DNA of 64,000 nucleotides from an uncultured Oscillospiraceae bacterium (GTDB lineage Bacteria; Bacillota; Clostridia; Oscillospirales; Oscillospiraceae): NCBI GenBank assembly GCA_910578505.1, contig CAJTPV010000013.1, positions 1,914 to 65,913 of the forward strand, read 5' to 3'. Shown piece by piece: positions 1 to 7,894 of this stretch (position 1 is its first letter; each line of letters starts with the position of its first letter). The notes under the pieces were generated by a model. It saw only the letters and a program-made list of their open reading frames with translations, ran no database searches and was not told where the DNA came from. The position numbers and the translations under genes were made by a program.

Positions 1-1771
1 GGAAAACATCAGCTTTGATACTGTCAGTGCTGGGACCATTGCAGTCAACGGCACGTCCAAGTATTATACTTCAGATAAAACCTACTGGACCACCGGTTTC
101 TGGGGGAATGATAACACATATTATAGTGGCTTCTATATCGCCCTCAAGCTGACTTATCCCGGCGCTACAGAGTATGGAGACATCAAGTTCATTAGCGTGG
201 ATGGTGATGATCCGAAGATTGACGCCACCAAGGGGTGGAAGAAACTGGGTACAGACGGTATCCTGATTTGGAAGCTGACTGTGGGCAACAATGGTAAGGT
301 CACCAAAAACATTACTGTTCAGGTCGAAGGCAAGATGTACACCCTTGACCTGTCCAATATCAAGCTTCTGGGCAGAGACCTGAAGGTGAGCGCTGCCAGC
401 AGCGAAAAGCTGTACGGTAAAGCAGTTGCAGAGCTGCAGAGCGGTATCACTGCTGCGGATCCTGTCAATCGGATTATCAAGGTAAGCGGTACTTCCTACT
501 ACGTGGATAAGTATGATGGATATACCACAACCCCAAATGACGGTACTAATAACGCGGGCTGGTATGTTGCTCTGGATCTGTCCTGCGTAGGCGTGGATGC
601 GAAGACGATTAAGGCCAGCAAGACGCTGAAAGCCAATGGGACCGATTTGGACGGCGGTAAAGAGCTGGTGCCTGATGGAGACAAGTGCCCGGCCGGCACC
701 GTGGTGTATAAGCTGGGGAATACTGTGGCTGAGAAGACCCTCTACGTTAAAGTTGGCGGTACCATTTACACAATTGATATGACCGGCGTGAAGCTGAGCG
801 GTGACTCCAGCACACCGGAAGCCTCCCTGACTATAGAAGCTGCGGACCAGAGAGATGAGCTTTTCTCTAAGGCAGATTATGCGAAACGTGTTTCTGATCT
901 GCAGAGCGCAACTGTGGACGTCGATGAGAGTACGTTGGCGGTGACCGGTACGCTGTATTATCAGGACAATTGGAAGGCGTACGGCGCACCCAATGATAAG
1001 GGTTACTTTGTCGCCCTGAAGGTTTCCTTCGGAGATGTTCCGGCTAACCAGATCAAGGTGTTTACCCCGCTGACGGAAGAGGATGGGGGTAAAAATTTGG
1101 GTGAAGATGGTATTGTAGTTGTCCGAGTTGCTGGAAAGGGCGAGAAGATTCCCGCAAACGCTCTGAGATTTGAAGTTGCTGGGCAAGAGTTCCCTGTTGA
1201 CCTGACCGGTTTGACTCTGGGAAGCACGCTCTCCGTAAGCGAGCCGAAGGACATGATTCTGTTTGCGAGCGATGACAAGAGAGTCAGCGATCTGCAGAGC
1301 AACGTCAACATCACAGGACCGGACAAAGACGGGGTTATTAACGTATCTGGCGACTTCAAACCGATCACAGGATGGAATAAATTCTCAACGGATTCGAAGT
1401 ATAATAGTGGCTACTTTATCGCCCTGACGCTGGATCTCCCGGATTTGCCCAAGGGTACTGAGATTTACTATCAGGCCGAGGCTGGTACAGAAGAAGTAAC
1501 GAACTCAAATCCCAAATTGTTCAAGATGCACAACGGCGATACTTTGGTTTGGCGGATGGCAGGTCTGAACGACATGAGAGCCAAGGATCTTGTTGTTGAG
1601 GCAGATGGCCGTCAGTATACCGTGAAGTTTGCCATCACGCCTGTGGAAAGCGAGGCAAATATCGCGGAGGCCAACTTCATTGGTACAGAGGAGGCCGTTG
1701 GATACAGTATGTACGATGTGTCTGCGGACGAGAGCACGATTGGTGTCGTGATCGAAGACGGTAGGTTCTAA
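1..1771 (+). CDS. Secreted or cell-surface repeat protein, 5'-truncated at the window edge. Frame 2 is open from nt 2, with recurring G(W/Y)(F/Y)(V/I)ALxL(S/T) modules.
   Basis: The continuous ORF runs into the window start. It has internal ~130-aa repeats (GFYIALKLTY / GWYVALDLS / GYFVALKVS / GYFIALTLD). A terminator hairpin follows at 1813-1837. Confidence 0.55.
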   Translation, partial: ENISFDTVSAGTIAVNGTSKYYTSDKTYWTTGFWGNDNTYYSGFYIALKLTYPGATEYGDIKFISVDGDDPKIDATKGWKKLGTDGILIWKLTVGNNGKVTKNITVQVEGKMYTLDLSNIKLLGRDLKVSAASSEKLYGKAVAELQSGITAADPVNRIIKVSGTSYYVDKYDGYTTTPNDGTNNAGWYVALDLSCVGVDAKTIKASKTLKANGTDLDGGKELVPDGDKCPAGTVVYKLGNTVAEKTLYVKVGGTIYTIDMTGVKLSGDSSTPEASLTIEAADQRDELFSKADYAKRVSDLQSATVDVDESTLAVTGTLYYQDNWKAYGAPNDKGYFVALKVSFGDVPANQIKVFTPLTEEDGGKNLGEDGIVVVRVAGKGEKIPANALRFEVAGQEFPVDLTGLTLGSTLSVSEPKDMILFASDDKRVSDLQSNVNITGPDKDGVINVSGDFKPITGWNKFSTDSKYNSGYFIALTLDLPDLPKGTEIYYQAEAGTEEVTNSNPKLFKMHNGDTLVWRMAGLNDMRAKDLVVEADGRQYTVKFAITPVESEANIAEANFIGTEEAVGYSMYDVSADESTIGVVIEDGRF

Positions 1772-1812
1772 GTTCCACAATATATCGTATAAAACAGAAC
1801 ATCCACACTTAC

Positions 1813-1848
1813 CCCCAAGGGCTGCGGCCCTTGGGGGTTCCCTTATTT
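1813..1848 (+). terminator. Intrinsic terminator-like hairpin CCCCCAAGGGC-tgcg-GCCCTTGGGGG followed by a T-rich tail.
   Basis: Perfect 11-bp GC-rich stem directly after the stop of the 1..1771 CDS. Confidence 0.55.
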
Positions 1849-2060
1849 CATCTCAATAAACCCAACAATCAAATCCACCGCCTCGGCGACGATCTCCACC
1901 GGGGCTTTCTCCACAAAGGCGGCATTTCTGGCGGCAACATCCAGCATCCGGGCCTGGTCACACAGGACCACGCCGTCAATTTTTCCGTCCCGCGCGGTCG
2001 GATATGGAACGGGCGCCGTTTATCCGTGTGGGTGATGGGAAAATAATAGAGAAAAAACTA

Positions 2061-2089
2061 TTGCAAAGCTGTGGGTGGTGTGGTATAGT
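2061..2089 (+). promoter_or_regulatory. Sigma-A type promoter (TTGCAA-17 bp-TGgTATAGT) for the antisense RNA, copy 1.
   Basis: -35 at 2061-2066, 17-nt spacer, extended -10 TGnTATAGT at 2084-2089. Confidence 0.7.
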
Positions 2090-2095
2090 AAGGGT

Positions 2096-2195
2096 GCGAA
2101 AGCACCAAACAGGTTACTTTATGAAACACCGCGAAAAGATCCCCCGGAGAGAGTGTGGTTTAGGGCTCTCTCACGGGGGATCTTTCCGCTATGGA
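2096..2195 (+). ncRNA. Candidate cis-antisense sRNA, a type I antitoxin-like RNA, copy 1. It overlaps the 3' UTR/terminator of the convergent peptide mRNA.
   Basis: The predicted TSS is ~7 nt after the -10. There is a 5' GNRA hairpin GGTGC-GAAA-GCACC, and the 16-bp bulged hairpin 2138-2182 acts as a bidirectional terminator. No ORF with an RBS is present. Confidence 0.5.
2138..2182. terminator. Bidirectional hairpin terminator shared by the convergent peptide mRNA and the antisense RNA (copy 1).
   Basis: GATCCCCCGGAGAGAG-loop-CTCTCTCACGGGGGATC. On the minus strand it is followed by TCTTTTC, and on the plus strand by TCTTTCC. Confidence 0.6.
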
Positions 2196-2200
2196 TTGGC

Positions 2201-2296
2201 TCACCGCCTCCGGATAAATCCGTCGAACCACTTGCAGATGCAGTTACTCACCACACCGGCCATGACGGACAGGAGGAAACCAAACAGGTTACCCAT
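2201..2296 (-). CDS. 31-aa hydrophobic peptide with a basic tail, MGNLFGFLLSVMAGVVSNCICKWFDGFIRRR. It is a candidate type I toxin, copy 1.
   Basis: ATG is preceded by GGAGGAAGGGGG (SD). The 5' UTR hairpin CCGTC...GACGG partly occludes the SD. The peptide has a single predicted TM helix plus a KW..RRR tail. It is missed by the ≥60-aa ORF track. Confidence 0.55.
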   Translation of the reverse strand: MGNLFGFLLSVMAGVVSNCICKWFDGFIRRR

Positions 2297-2342
2297 TAGA
2301 AACACCCCCTTCCTCCGTCAGGGATGAAAGACGGCAGGTATA

Positions 2343-2371
2343 GTATACCATAATTCGACAGAATGCGCAAT
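2343..2371 (-). promoter_or_regulatory. Sigma-A type promoter (TTGCGC-17-TGgTATACT) for the peptide mRNA, copy 1.
   Basis: -35 is the reverse complement of 2366-2371; -10 is the reverse complement of 2343-2348, with an upstream TG. Confidence 0.65.
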
Positions 2372-2423
2372 TCTTATTTCGGGTTCGATTCCATAGACAA
2401 ATAAAGACGAAGAAAAAATCTAT

Positions 2424-2452
2424 TGCAAAGTTGTGGGTGGTGTGGTATAGTA
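2424..2452 (+). promoter_or_regulatory. Sigma-A type promoter TTGCAA-17-TGgTATAGT for the antisense RNA, copy 2.
   Basis: Identical to copy 1. Confidence 0.7.
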
Positions 2453-2458
2453 AAGATG

Positions 2459-2556
2459 CGAAAGCACCAAACAGGTTACTTTATGAAACACCGCGAAAAG
2501 ATCCCCCATGAGAGAGGCTTGGGGACACTCTCTCTGGGGGATCTTTCCGCTATGGA
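2459..2556 (+). ncRNA. Candidate cis-antisense antitoxin-like sRNA, copy 2.
   Basis: Same architecture as copy 1. The terminator hairpin at 2500-2543 has a divergent loop and compensatory stem changes. Confidence 0.5.
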
Positions 2557-2561
2557 TTGGC

Positions 2562-2657
2562 TCACCGCCTCCGGATAAATCCGTCGAACCACTTGCAGAT
2601 GCAGTTACTTACCACACCGGCCATGACGGACAGGAGGAAACCAAACAGGTTACCCAT
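2562..2657 (-). CDS. 31-aa hydrophobic/Arg-tailed peptide, candidate type I toxin, copy 2. The peptide is identical to copy 1, with one synonymous change.
   Basis: Same RBS and 5' UTR hairpin as copy 1; its promoter is TTGCGC-17-TATACT at 2703-2731. Confidence 0.55.
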   Translation of the reverse strand: MGNLFGFLLSVMAGVVSNCICKWFDGFIRRR

Positions 2658-2702
2658 TAGAAACACCCCCTTCCTCCGTCAGGGATGAAAGACGGCAGGT
2701 AT

Positions 2703-2731
2703 AGTATACCATAATTCGACAGAATGCGCAA
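2703..2731 (-). promoter_or_regulatory. Sigma-A type promoter for the peptide mRNA, copy 2.
   Basis: Identical to the copy 1 promoter. Confidence 0.65.
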
Positions 2732-2815
2732 TTCTTATTTCGGATTTCTATAGGAAACAGCAAAATTCTTGACAAAGTGCTGGAAGGCTCTCCCGGCAAT
2801 TTGGAAAATCGCTAT

Positions 2816-2858
2816 AAAAAAGTCCGGGCGGGTCACAAGCTCCGTCCGGACTCTTTTC
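2816..2858 (-). terminator. Hairpin terminator downstream of nadE, with a bidirectional appearance.
   Basis: Stem GTCCGGGCGG...CCGTCCGGAC flanked by an A-run and a T-run. Confidence 0.5.
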
Positions 2859-2925
2859 ATGCTGCATGCAGCCAGGGCTTTCGCTGCCGCTATCGTTCAG
2901 GACGCGCAGCGCATTGGCCGTCCGA

Positions 2926-4902
2926 CTAGGACAGGGTCTCCAGCTCCTCCAGCCACAGCCGGGCCGCGGCGTCGCTGGGCATGCGCCAGTCCCCGCGGGG
3001 GCTGAGGGCCACGGAGCCCACCTTCGGGCCGTCGGGCAGGCAGGAGCGCTTGAACTGCTGGGCAAAGAAACGGCGGTAGAAATTCTTCAGCCACTTCAAA
3101 ATCACGTCCCGGCTGTAGGTCCGGCCCCAGACCAGCTCTGTGAGCCGGAAAATCTTCCGGGGTGAAAAGCCCCAGCGGATGACGTAGTACAGGAAAAAGT
3201 CGTGGAGCTCATAGGGGCCCACCAGGTCCTCTGTCCGCTGGCTGATCTCCCCCTGCACCGCCGGCAGCAGCTCCGGCGACACCGGCGTGTCCAGAATGTC
3301 CTCCAGCACGTGGGTCAGCTCCACATCCTTTTTCAGGTTGTCCCTGGCCACGTAGTCCACCAGATGCCGCACCAGGGTCTTGGGGATGGACGCATTGACG
3401 CCGTACATGCTCATGTGGTCGCCGTTGTAGGTGGCCCAGCCCAGGGCCAGCTCGCTGAGGTCGCCGGTGCCGATGACCAGCCCCCCGGTTTCGTTGGCCA
3501 CGTCCATCAGCACCTGGGTCCGCTCACGGGCCTGGGCGTTCTCATACGTCACGTCCTGGTCGTCCAGACTGTGGCCGATGTCCCGGAAATGCCGCTTCAC
3601 CGTCTCCCCGATGGGGATGGTCCGCAGCGTGGCCCCCATGCGCTCGGCCAGCAGCACAGCGTTGTTTTTCGTCCGGTCCGTGGTGCCGAAGCAGGGCATG
3701 GTGATGGCGATGATGTCGCTGGCGGGCCGGTGGAGCATCCCCAGGGCCAGGGCTGCCGTCAGCAGGGCCAGGGTGCTGTCCAGACCGCCGGAGAGACCCA
3801 CCACGGCGGTCTTCGCGCCGGTGTGCTCCAGACGCTTTTTCAGCCCCAGGGCCGCGATGGTGAGAATTTCCTCGCAGCGGTTGGAGCGGTCGGAGGCGTT
3901 CTCCGGGATGAAGGGCGTGGGGGAGTGGTAGCGGCGCAGCTTGGTCTCGCAGGGCGTAAATGCCGCCCAGGAATGGCAGAGATAACCGGATTTCCCCTTC
4001 TCCTGGTAGCTGTAGGCCGGCGGGAAGGGGGTCAGACGGCGGCGGTCGTACAAAAGCCGCTGCACATCGATCTCCGATACGGTCAGCCCGGTGGAAAAGC
4101 GCCGCTCCGCCAGCAGCGCGCCGTTCTCCGCGATCATGTTGTGACCGGTGAACACCAGGTCGGTGGTGGACTCCCCCTCGCCGGCGTCGGCGTAGACGTA
4201 GCCGCAGCACAGCCGCCCGGACTGGCCCACCACCAGCTGCCGCCGGTAGGCCGCCTTGCCAACCACCTCGTTGGAGGCGGAGAGATTCAGGATAATGGTG
4301 GCCCCCGCCTCCGCCAGACGGCGGGAGGGCGGGTCCGCCGCCCACAGGTCCTCGCAGATCTCAATGCCAACATTGAGTCCAGGCATCCCCGCGCAAGCAA
4401 CGACGGTCTGGGAGAGGCTGGTGTGCAGGACGGTGCTGCCGTCCTCGTCCGGCTCCAGACCGGGAATCTCGATATCCAGCGCCAAGGGCTGGTCGAACGC
4501 CTGGATGCTCTCAAACCAGCGCTTTTCGTAGAACTCGCCGTAATTGGGCAAATAGGTCTTGGGGACCACCGCCAGAACCTCCCCCTTCTGCACCGCCACC
4601 GCGCAGTTGAAGAGCTTTCCCCCCGCCCGGATGGGCATGCCGAAGGCGGTAAGGATCTCCAGATGCCTGGTGGCCTTCAAAATGGTCCGCAGGCCCTCCA
4701 TGGCCCCCTCCAGCAGGGTGTCCTGCAAAAACAGGTCGCCGCAGGTGTAGCCGGTGAGGCACAGCTCCGGCAGGGCCAGGATCTTGACGCCCTGCTTGTC
4801 CGCCTCCCGCATCATGGTGAAAATCTGTTCCGCGTTGTACCGGCAGTCAGCCACGCGGATCTTGGGCGTTCCCGCCGCCACGCAGATAAAACCGTCTCTC
4901 AT
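2926..4902 (-). CDS. nadE: Glutamine-dependent NAD+ synthetase.
   Basis: The 658-aa product has an N-terminal CN-hydrolase domain and a C-terminal NAD synthetase domain with the PP-loop GLSGGLDST. An AAGGAGG RBS is present. Confidence 0.9.
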   Translation of the reverse strand: MRDGFICVAAGTPKIRVADCRYNAEQIFTMMREADKQGVKILALPELCLTGYTCGDLFLQDTLLEGAMEGLRTILKATRHLEILTAFGMPIRAGGKLFNCAVAVQKGEVLAVVPKTYLPNYGEFYEKRWFESIQAFDQPLALDIEIPGLEPDEDGSTVLHTSLSQTVVACAGMPGLNVGIEICEDLWAADPPSRRLAEAGATIILNLSASNEVVGKAAYRRQLVVGQSGRLCCGYVYADAGEGESTTDLVFTGHNMIAENGALLAERRFSTGLTVSEIDVQRLLYDRRRLTPFPPAYSYQEKGKSGYLCHSWAAFTPCETKLRRYHSPTPFIPENASDRSNRCEEILTIAALGLKKRLEHTGAKTAVVGLSGGLDSTLALLTAALALGMLHRPASDIIAITMPCFGTTDRTKNNAVLLAERMGATLRTIPIGETVKRHFRDIGHSLDDQDVTYENAQARERTQVLMDVANETGGLVIGTGDLSELALGWATYNGDHMSMYGVNASIPKTLVRHLVDYVARDNLKKDVELTHVLEDILDTPVSPELLPAVQGEISQRTEDLVGPYELHDFFLYYVIRWGFSPRKIFRLTELVWGRTYSRDVILKWLKNFYRRFFAQQFKRSCLPDGPKVGSVALSPRGDWRMPSDAAARLWLEELETLS

Positions 4903-5001
4903 GATAATGAGCCTCCTTGCAACAGGTTTCTTTGACGCTATTTTACCCCTATCTCAACAAAAATGCAAGTCCCCGGCAAACCGGCGGAACTTTCGCCCAA
5001 C

Positions 5002-5031
5002 GAAAAAAGCCGGGTCTCCCCGGCTTTTTCA
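5002..5031 (-). terminator. Intrinsic terminator for degV.
   Basis: AGCCGGG-tctcc-CCGGCT with flanking A and T runs. Confidence 0.7.
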
Positions 5032-5033
5032 AA

Positions 5034-5882
5034 TCAATCCATCCGCTCCATATAGGCGATGCCCAGGGCGCCGGGGCCGATGTGGGTGCCGATGGTGGGT
5101 CCCACGGAGCTGTAGTGCAGCCGCAGGGGCAGCATGTTCTGCCCCTTCAGCTTCGGCAGCAGCAGCTCCTCCCGGCTCTTGTCGTCGGAATAGAGGAAGT
5201 AGGAGGGATAGGCGTCGTCAACGGGGTGCTCTGTCAGCAGCTTCATCAGCTGCTTCACCGCCGCGCCTGTGCCCAGAGCCTTTCCGACAATGGACACCTT
5301 GCCGTCCCGGACCGCAATCACCGGCTTGAGCCGGGCCATGGCGCCCAGCCCCGCCTGCAGCCCGGTGAGCCGGCCGCCCCGGCGGAGATACTCCAGGGTG
5401 TCGATGACCGCAAAAATGCGGACCTTGTCCTTGATGTTCTCCACGGCCTGGGCAATCTCCGGCGCGGGCAAACCGCTGTCCCGCAGCTTGCAGGCGTAGT
5501 TGACCAGGATCTGGATGCCCGCCGTGGCGGTCATGCTGTCTACAATATAAATGGGATCATAGCCGCACATCTCCTTCGCCACCTCGGCGCTCTGGAGCGT
5601 GCCGCTGAGGGCGCCGGAGAGCAGAATCACCACCGCCGGCTCGCTGGCCGCCTTGGCCTCCTCGAACACCCGGAGGAAATCCGCCGGGGACGGCTGGGAG
5701 GTGGAGGGGTTCTCCTTGCGCTCCTGCAGGAGCCGGTAAAACAAATCGTGGGTGATGGACTTGCCGTCCACAAAGGACGCGCCGCCGAACTGGATGGACA
5801 TGGGGACCACGCCCACGCCCCGGCGCTTGGCGGCGGCCAAATCAAAGTCCGCAGAGGAATCGGTGATAATACGAATACCCAT
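5034..5882 (-). CDS. degV: DegV-family fatty-acid-binding (EDD domain) protein.
   Basis: The product reads MGIRIITDSSADF..., which is the DegV signature. The start ATG at 5882 has an AGGAGG RBS. Confidence 0.85.
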   Translation of the reverse strand: MGIRIITDSSADFDLAAAKRRGVGVVPMSIQFGGASFVDGKSITHDLFYRLLQERKENPSTSQPSPADFLRVFEEAKAASEPAVVILLSGALSGTLQSAEVAKEMCGYDPIYIVDSMTATAGIQILVNYACKLRDSGLPAPEIAQAVENIKDKVRIFAVIDTLEYLRRGGRLTGLQAGLGAMARLKPVIAVRDGKVSIVGKALGTGAAVKQLMKLLTEHPVDDAYPSYFLYSDDKSREELLLPKLKGQNMLPLRLHYSSVGPTIGTHIGPGALGIAYMERMD

Positions 5883-5918
5883 TTCAAAATGCCTCCTGTT
5901 TTTCATTGAAGCTCTTGC

Positions 5919-5947
5919 CTTACCCTGTGAACATTACAGCAATTGGC
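5919..5947 (-). promoter_or_regulatory. Promoter TTGACA-17-TAATGT for degV.
   Basis: Near-consensus elements on the minus strand. Confidence 0.5.
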
Positions 5948-6076
5948 CCGGCTTGTCAAGTAGAATAGCTCCCAGAAAACCAGGCGTTCCGCGGGGATGC
6001 CTCGTAGCAAACACACAAAAGCGCGGCGTCTCCCGCCTGCCGCTGGAAATGAAACAGAAAATTAAGAATCACATTC

Positions 6077-6105
6077 TTGCATCAGGAAAGCGGATATGAT
6101 ACAAT
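6077..6105 (+). promoter_or_regulatory. Promoter TTGCAT-17-TACAAT for the ABC exporter gene.
   Basis: Consensus spacing; lies 38 nt upstream of the start codon. Confidence 0.6.
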
Positions 6106-6142
6106 GAACTACTGAAAAACGCTATTTCGCCGGAGGTGACCT

Positions 6143-7894
6143 ATGCCTGAGCGCGACTTTCACAGCGACAGCCTGCTGCGCATCTTTCTCAGCTATTTCC
6201 GCCCGCACAAAAAGCTCTTCCTGCTGGATATGGCCTGCGCGCTGCTGATCTCGCTGATCGACCTGGCCTTTCCCTACGTCTCCCGCCTGTGTATGTACCA
6301 GCTCATCCCGGAGAGCCTCTACCGGGCCTTTTTCACCGTCATTGTGGTGATGGTGGCCGCCTACCTGCTGCGGGCGGGGCTGCAGTACATCGTCTGCTAC
6401 TGGGGCCACGCTTTCGGCGTGCTGGTGGAGGCGGATATCCGCAAGGATCTGTTCAGCCACCTGCAGACCCTCTCCTTCGGCTTCTACGACAAAAACCGCA
6501 CCGGCCACCTGATGAGCCGCATGACAGCGGAGCTGTTTGACATCACGGAGCTGGCCCACCACGGGCCGGAGGACCTGTTCATCTCCGGCGTGACCCTGAC
6601 CGGGGCCATCATCATCATGTTCACCATCCAGTGGCGGCTGGCCCTGGTGATGCTGGTCCTCATCCCCATCTTCCTGGTGGTGGTGTCCATCAACCGCCGC
6701 AACATGGCCCAGGCCGCCAAGCGGGTCAAGCAGGTCACCGCCGGCATCAACGCGGACATCGAGTCCAGCATCTCCGGCATCCGCACCGCCAAGGCCTTCT
6801 CCAACGAAAACGCGGAGAGCGAGAAATTCGAGCGGGCCAACGAGCGCTTCAAGGTCTCCAAAAAGGAGCGCTACAAGGCCATGAGCAAATTCTTCGCCTC
6901 CCTGGAGTTCTTCATGTGCATCATGCCTGTGACCGTTATCGCGGTGGGCGGGCTGCTGATCATGGACGGGCAGATGAACTATATCGACCTGACCACCTTC
7001 TGCCTCTACACCAGCACCTTCATCAACCCCATGCGGAAGGTGTCCACCCTCTCCGAGCTGCTGGTGGACGGCATCGCGGGGCTGAGCCGCTTTGTGGACC
7101 TGATGCGCATTGAGCCGGACCTGACCGACAAGCCCGGCGCGGTGGAGCTGCAGAACGTGGAGGGCCGCATCGACGTGGAAAACGTCAGCTTCGCCTATGA
7201 GCGGGACGACACCGAGGTCCTCCACCACGTGGACCTCCACGTCAAAGCCGGCGAGACCATCGCCATCGTAGGCCCCTCCGGCGGCGGCAAGACCACCCTG
7301 TGCAGCCTCATCCCCCGCTTTTACGATGTGGTGGAGGGCAGCATCAAGATCGACGGTCTGGACGTGCGGGACGTGCGGCAGCAGAGCCTGCACCGGAATG
7401 TGGGCATCGTGCAGCAGGACGTGTTCCTGTTTGCCGCCAGCATCATGGAGAACATCCGCTACGGCCGGCCCGGCGCCACCACGGACGAGGTGCTGGAGGC
7501 CGCGCGGCGGGCGGAAATCTACGACGACATCATGGCCATGCCCGACGGCTTTGACACCTACGTGGGCGAACGGGGGGTACTGCTGTCCGGCGGGCAGAAG
7601 CAGCGCATCTCCATCGCCCGGATCTTCCTCAAGGACCCGCCGGTACTGATTCTGGACGAGGCCACCTCCGCCCTGGACAGCGTGACGGAGGCGAAGATCC
7701 AGCGGGCCTTCGACGAGCTGGCCCGGGGCCGCACCACGCTGATCATCGCCCACCGCCTGTCCACCGTCCGCAATGCCAGCCGCATCCTGGTCATCCGGGA
7801 CGGGCTGATTACGGAGCAGGGCACCCATGCGGAGCTGATGGAGCGGGACGGCGATTACGCACAGCTATACAGCACACAAAATTTACATGGATAA
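6143..7894 (+). CDS. ABC transporter, fused permease/ATP-binding, an MsbA/multidrug-exporter type.
   Basis: Six TM helices followed by Walker A GPSGGGKTT, the LSGGQKQR signature and Walker B ILDEATSALD. Confidence 0.9.
   Translation: MPERDFHSDSLLRIFLSYFRPHKKLFLLDMACALLISLIDLAFPYVSRLCMYQLIPESLYRAFFTVIVVMVAAYLLRAGLQYIVCYWGHAFGVLVEADIRKDLFSHLQTLSFGFYDKNRTGHLMSRMTAELFDITELAHHGPEDLFISGVTLTGAIIIMFTIQWRLALVMLVLIPIFLVVVSINRRNMAQAAKRVKQVTAGINADIESSISGIRTAKAFSNENAESEKFERANERFKVSKKERYKAMSKFFASLEFFMCIMPVTVIAVGGLLIMDGQMNYIDLTTFCLYTSTFINPMRKVSTLSELLVDGIAGLSRFVDLMRIEPDLTDKPGAVELQNVEGRIDVENVSFAYERDDTEVLHHVDLHVKAGETIAIVGPSGGGKTTLCSLIPRFYDVVEGSIKIDGLDVRDVRQQSLHRNVGIVQQDVFLFAASIMENIRYGRPGATTDEVLEAARRAEIYDDIMAMPDGFDTYVGERGVLLSGGQKQRISIARIFLKDPPVLILDEATSALDSVTEAKIQRAFDELARGRTTLIIAHRLSTVRNASRILVIRDGLITEQGTHAELMERDGDYAQLYSTQNLHG

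Larger units (their letters stand above)
2050..2742. repeat. Tandem direct duplication of a complete small-peptide/antisense-RNA module. Unit is ~361 bp; copy 1 is ~2050-2410 and copy 2 is ~2411-2742.
   Basis: Two ~95% identical units appear on direct reading. Each has a plus-strand TTGCAA-17-TGgTATAGT promoter, a long hairpin, a minus-strand 31-codon ORF and a minus-strand TTGCGC-17-TGgTATACT promoter. Confidence 0.9.

Noticed and set aside
2004-2327. Plus-strand ORFs 1831..2046, 2004..2327 and 2075..2299 across the duplicated module.
   Set aside because: No RBS, and the frames are not conserved between the two copies. The region is better explained by the promoter/hairpin/small-peptide architecture.
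3202-4935. Long plus-strand ORFs antisense to real genes. Examples are 3202..4935, 4917..5909, 6122..7828(-), 9168..10553(-), 12965..14320, 17888..19930(-), 20446..21888(-), 22742..23644, 28812..29939, 29943..31439, 39418..41112(-), 42022..44049(-), 44558..45976(-), 48027..49985(-), 59300..61699(-) and 62011..63618(-).
   Set aside because: Shadow ORFs are typical of high-GC DNA. They are Arg/Gly/Pro/His-rich low-complexity translations, lack an RBS, and lie opposite genes with clear homology.
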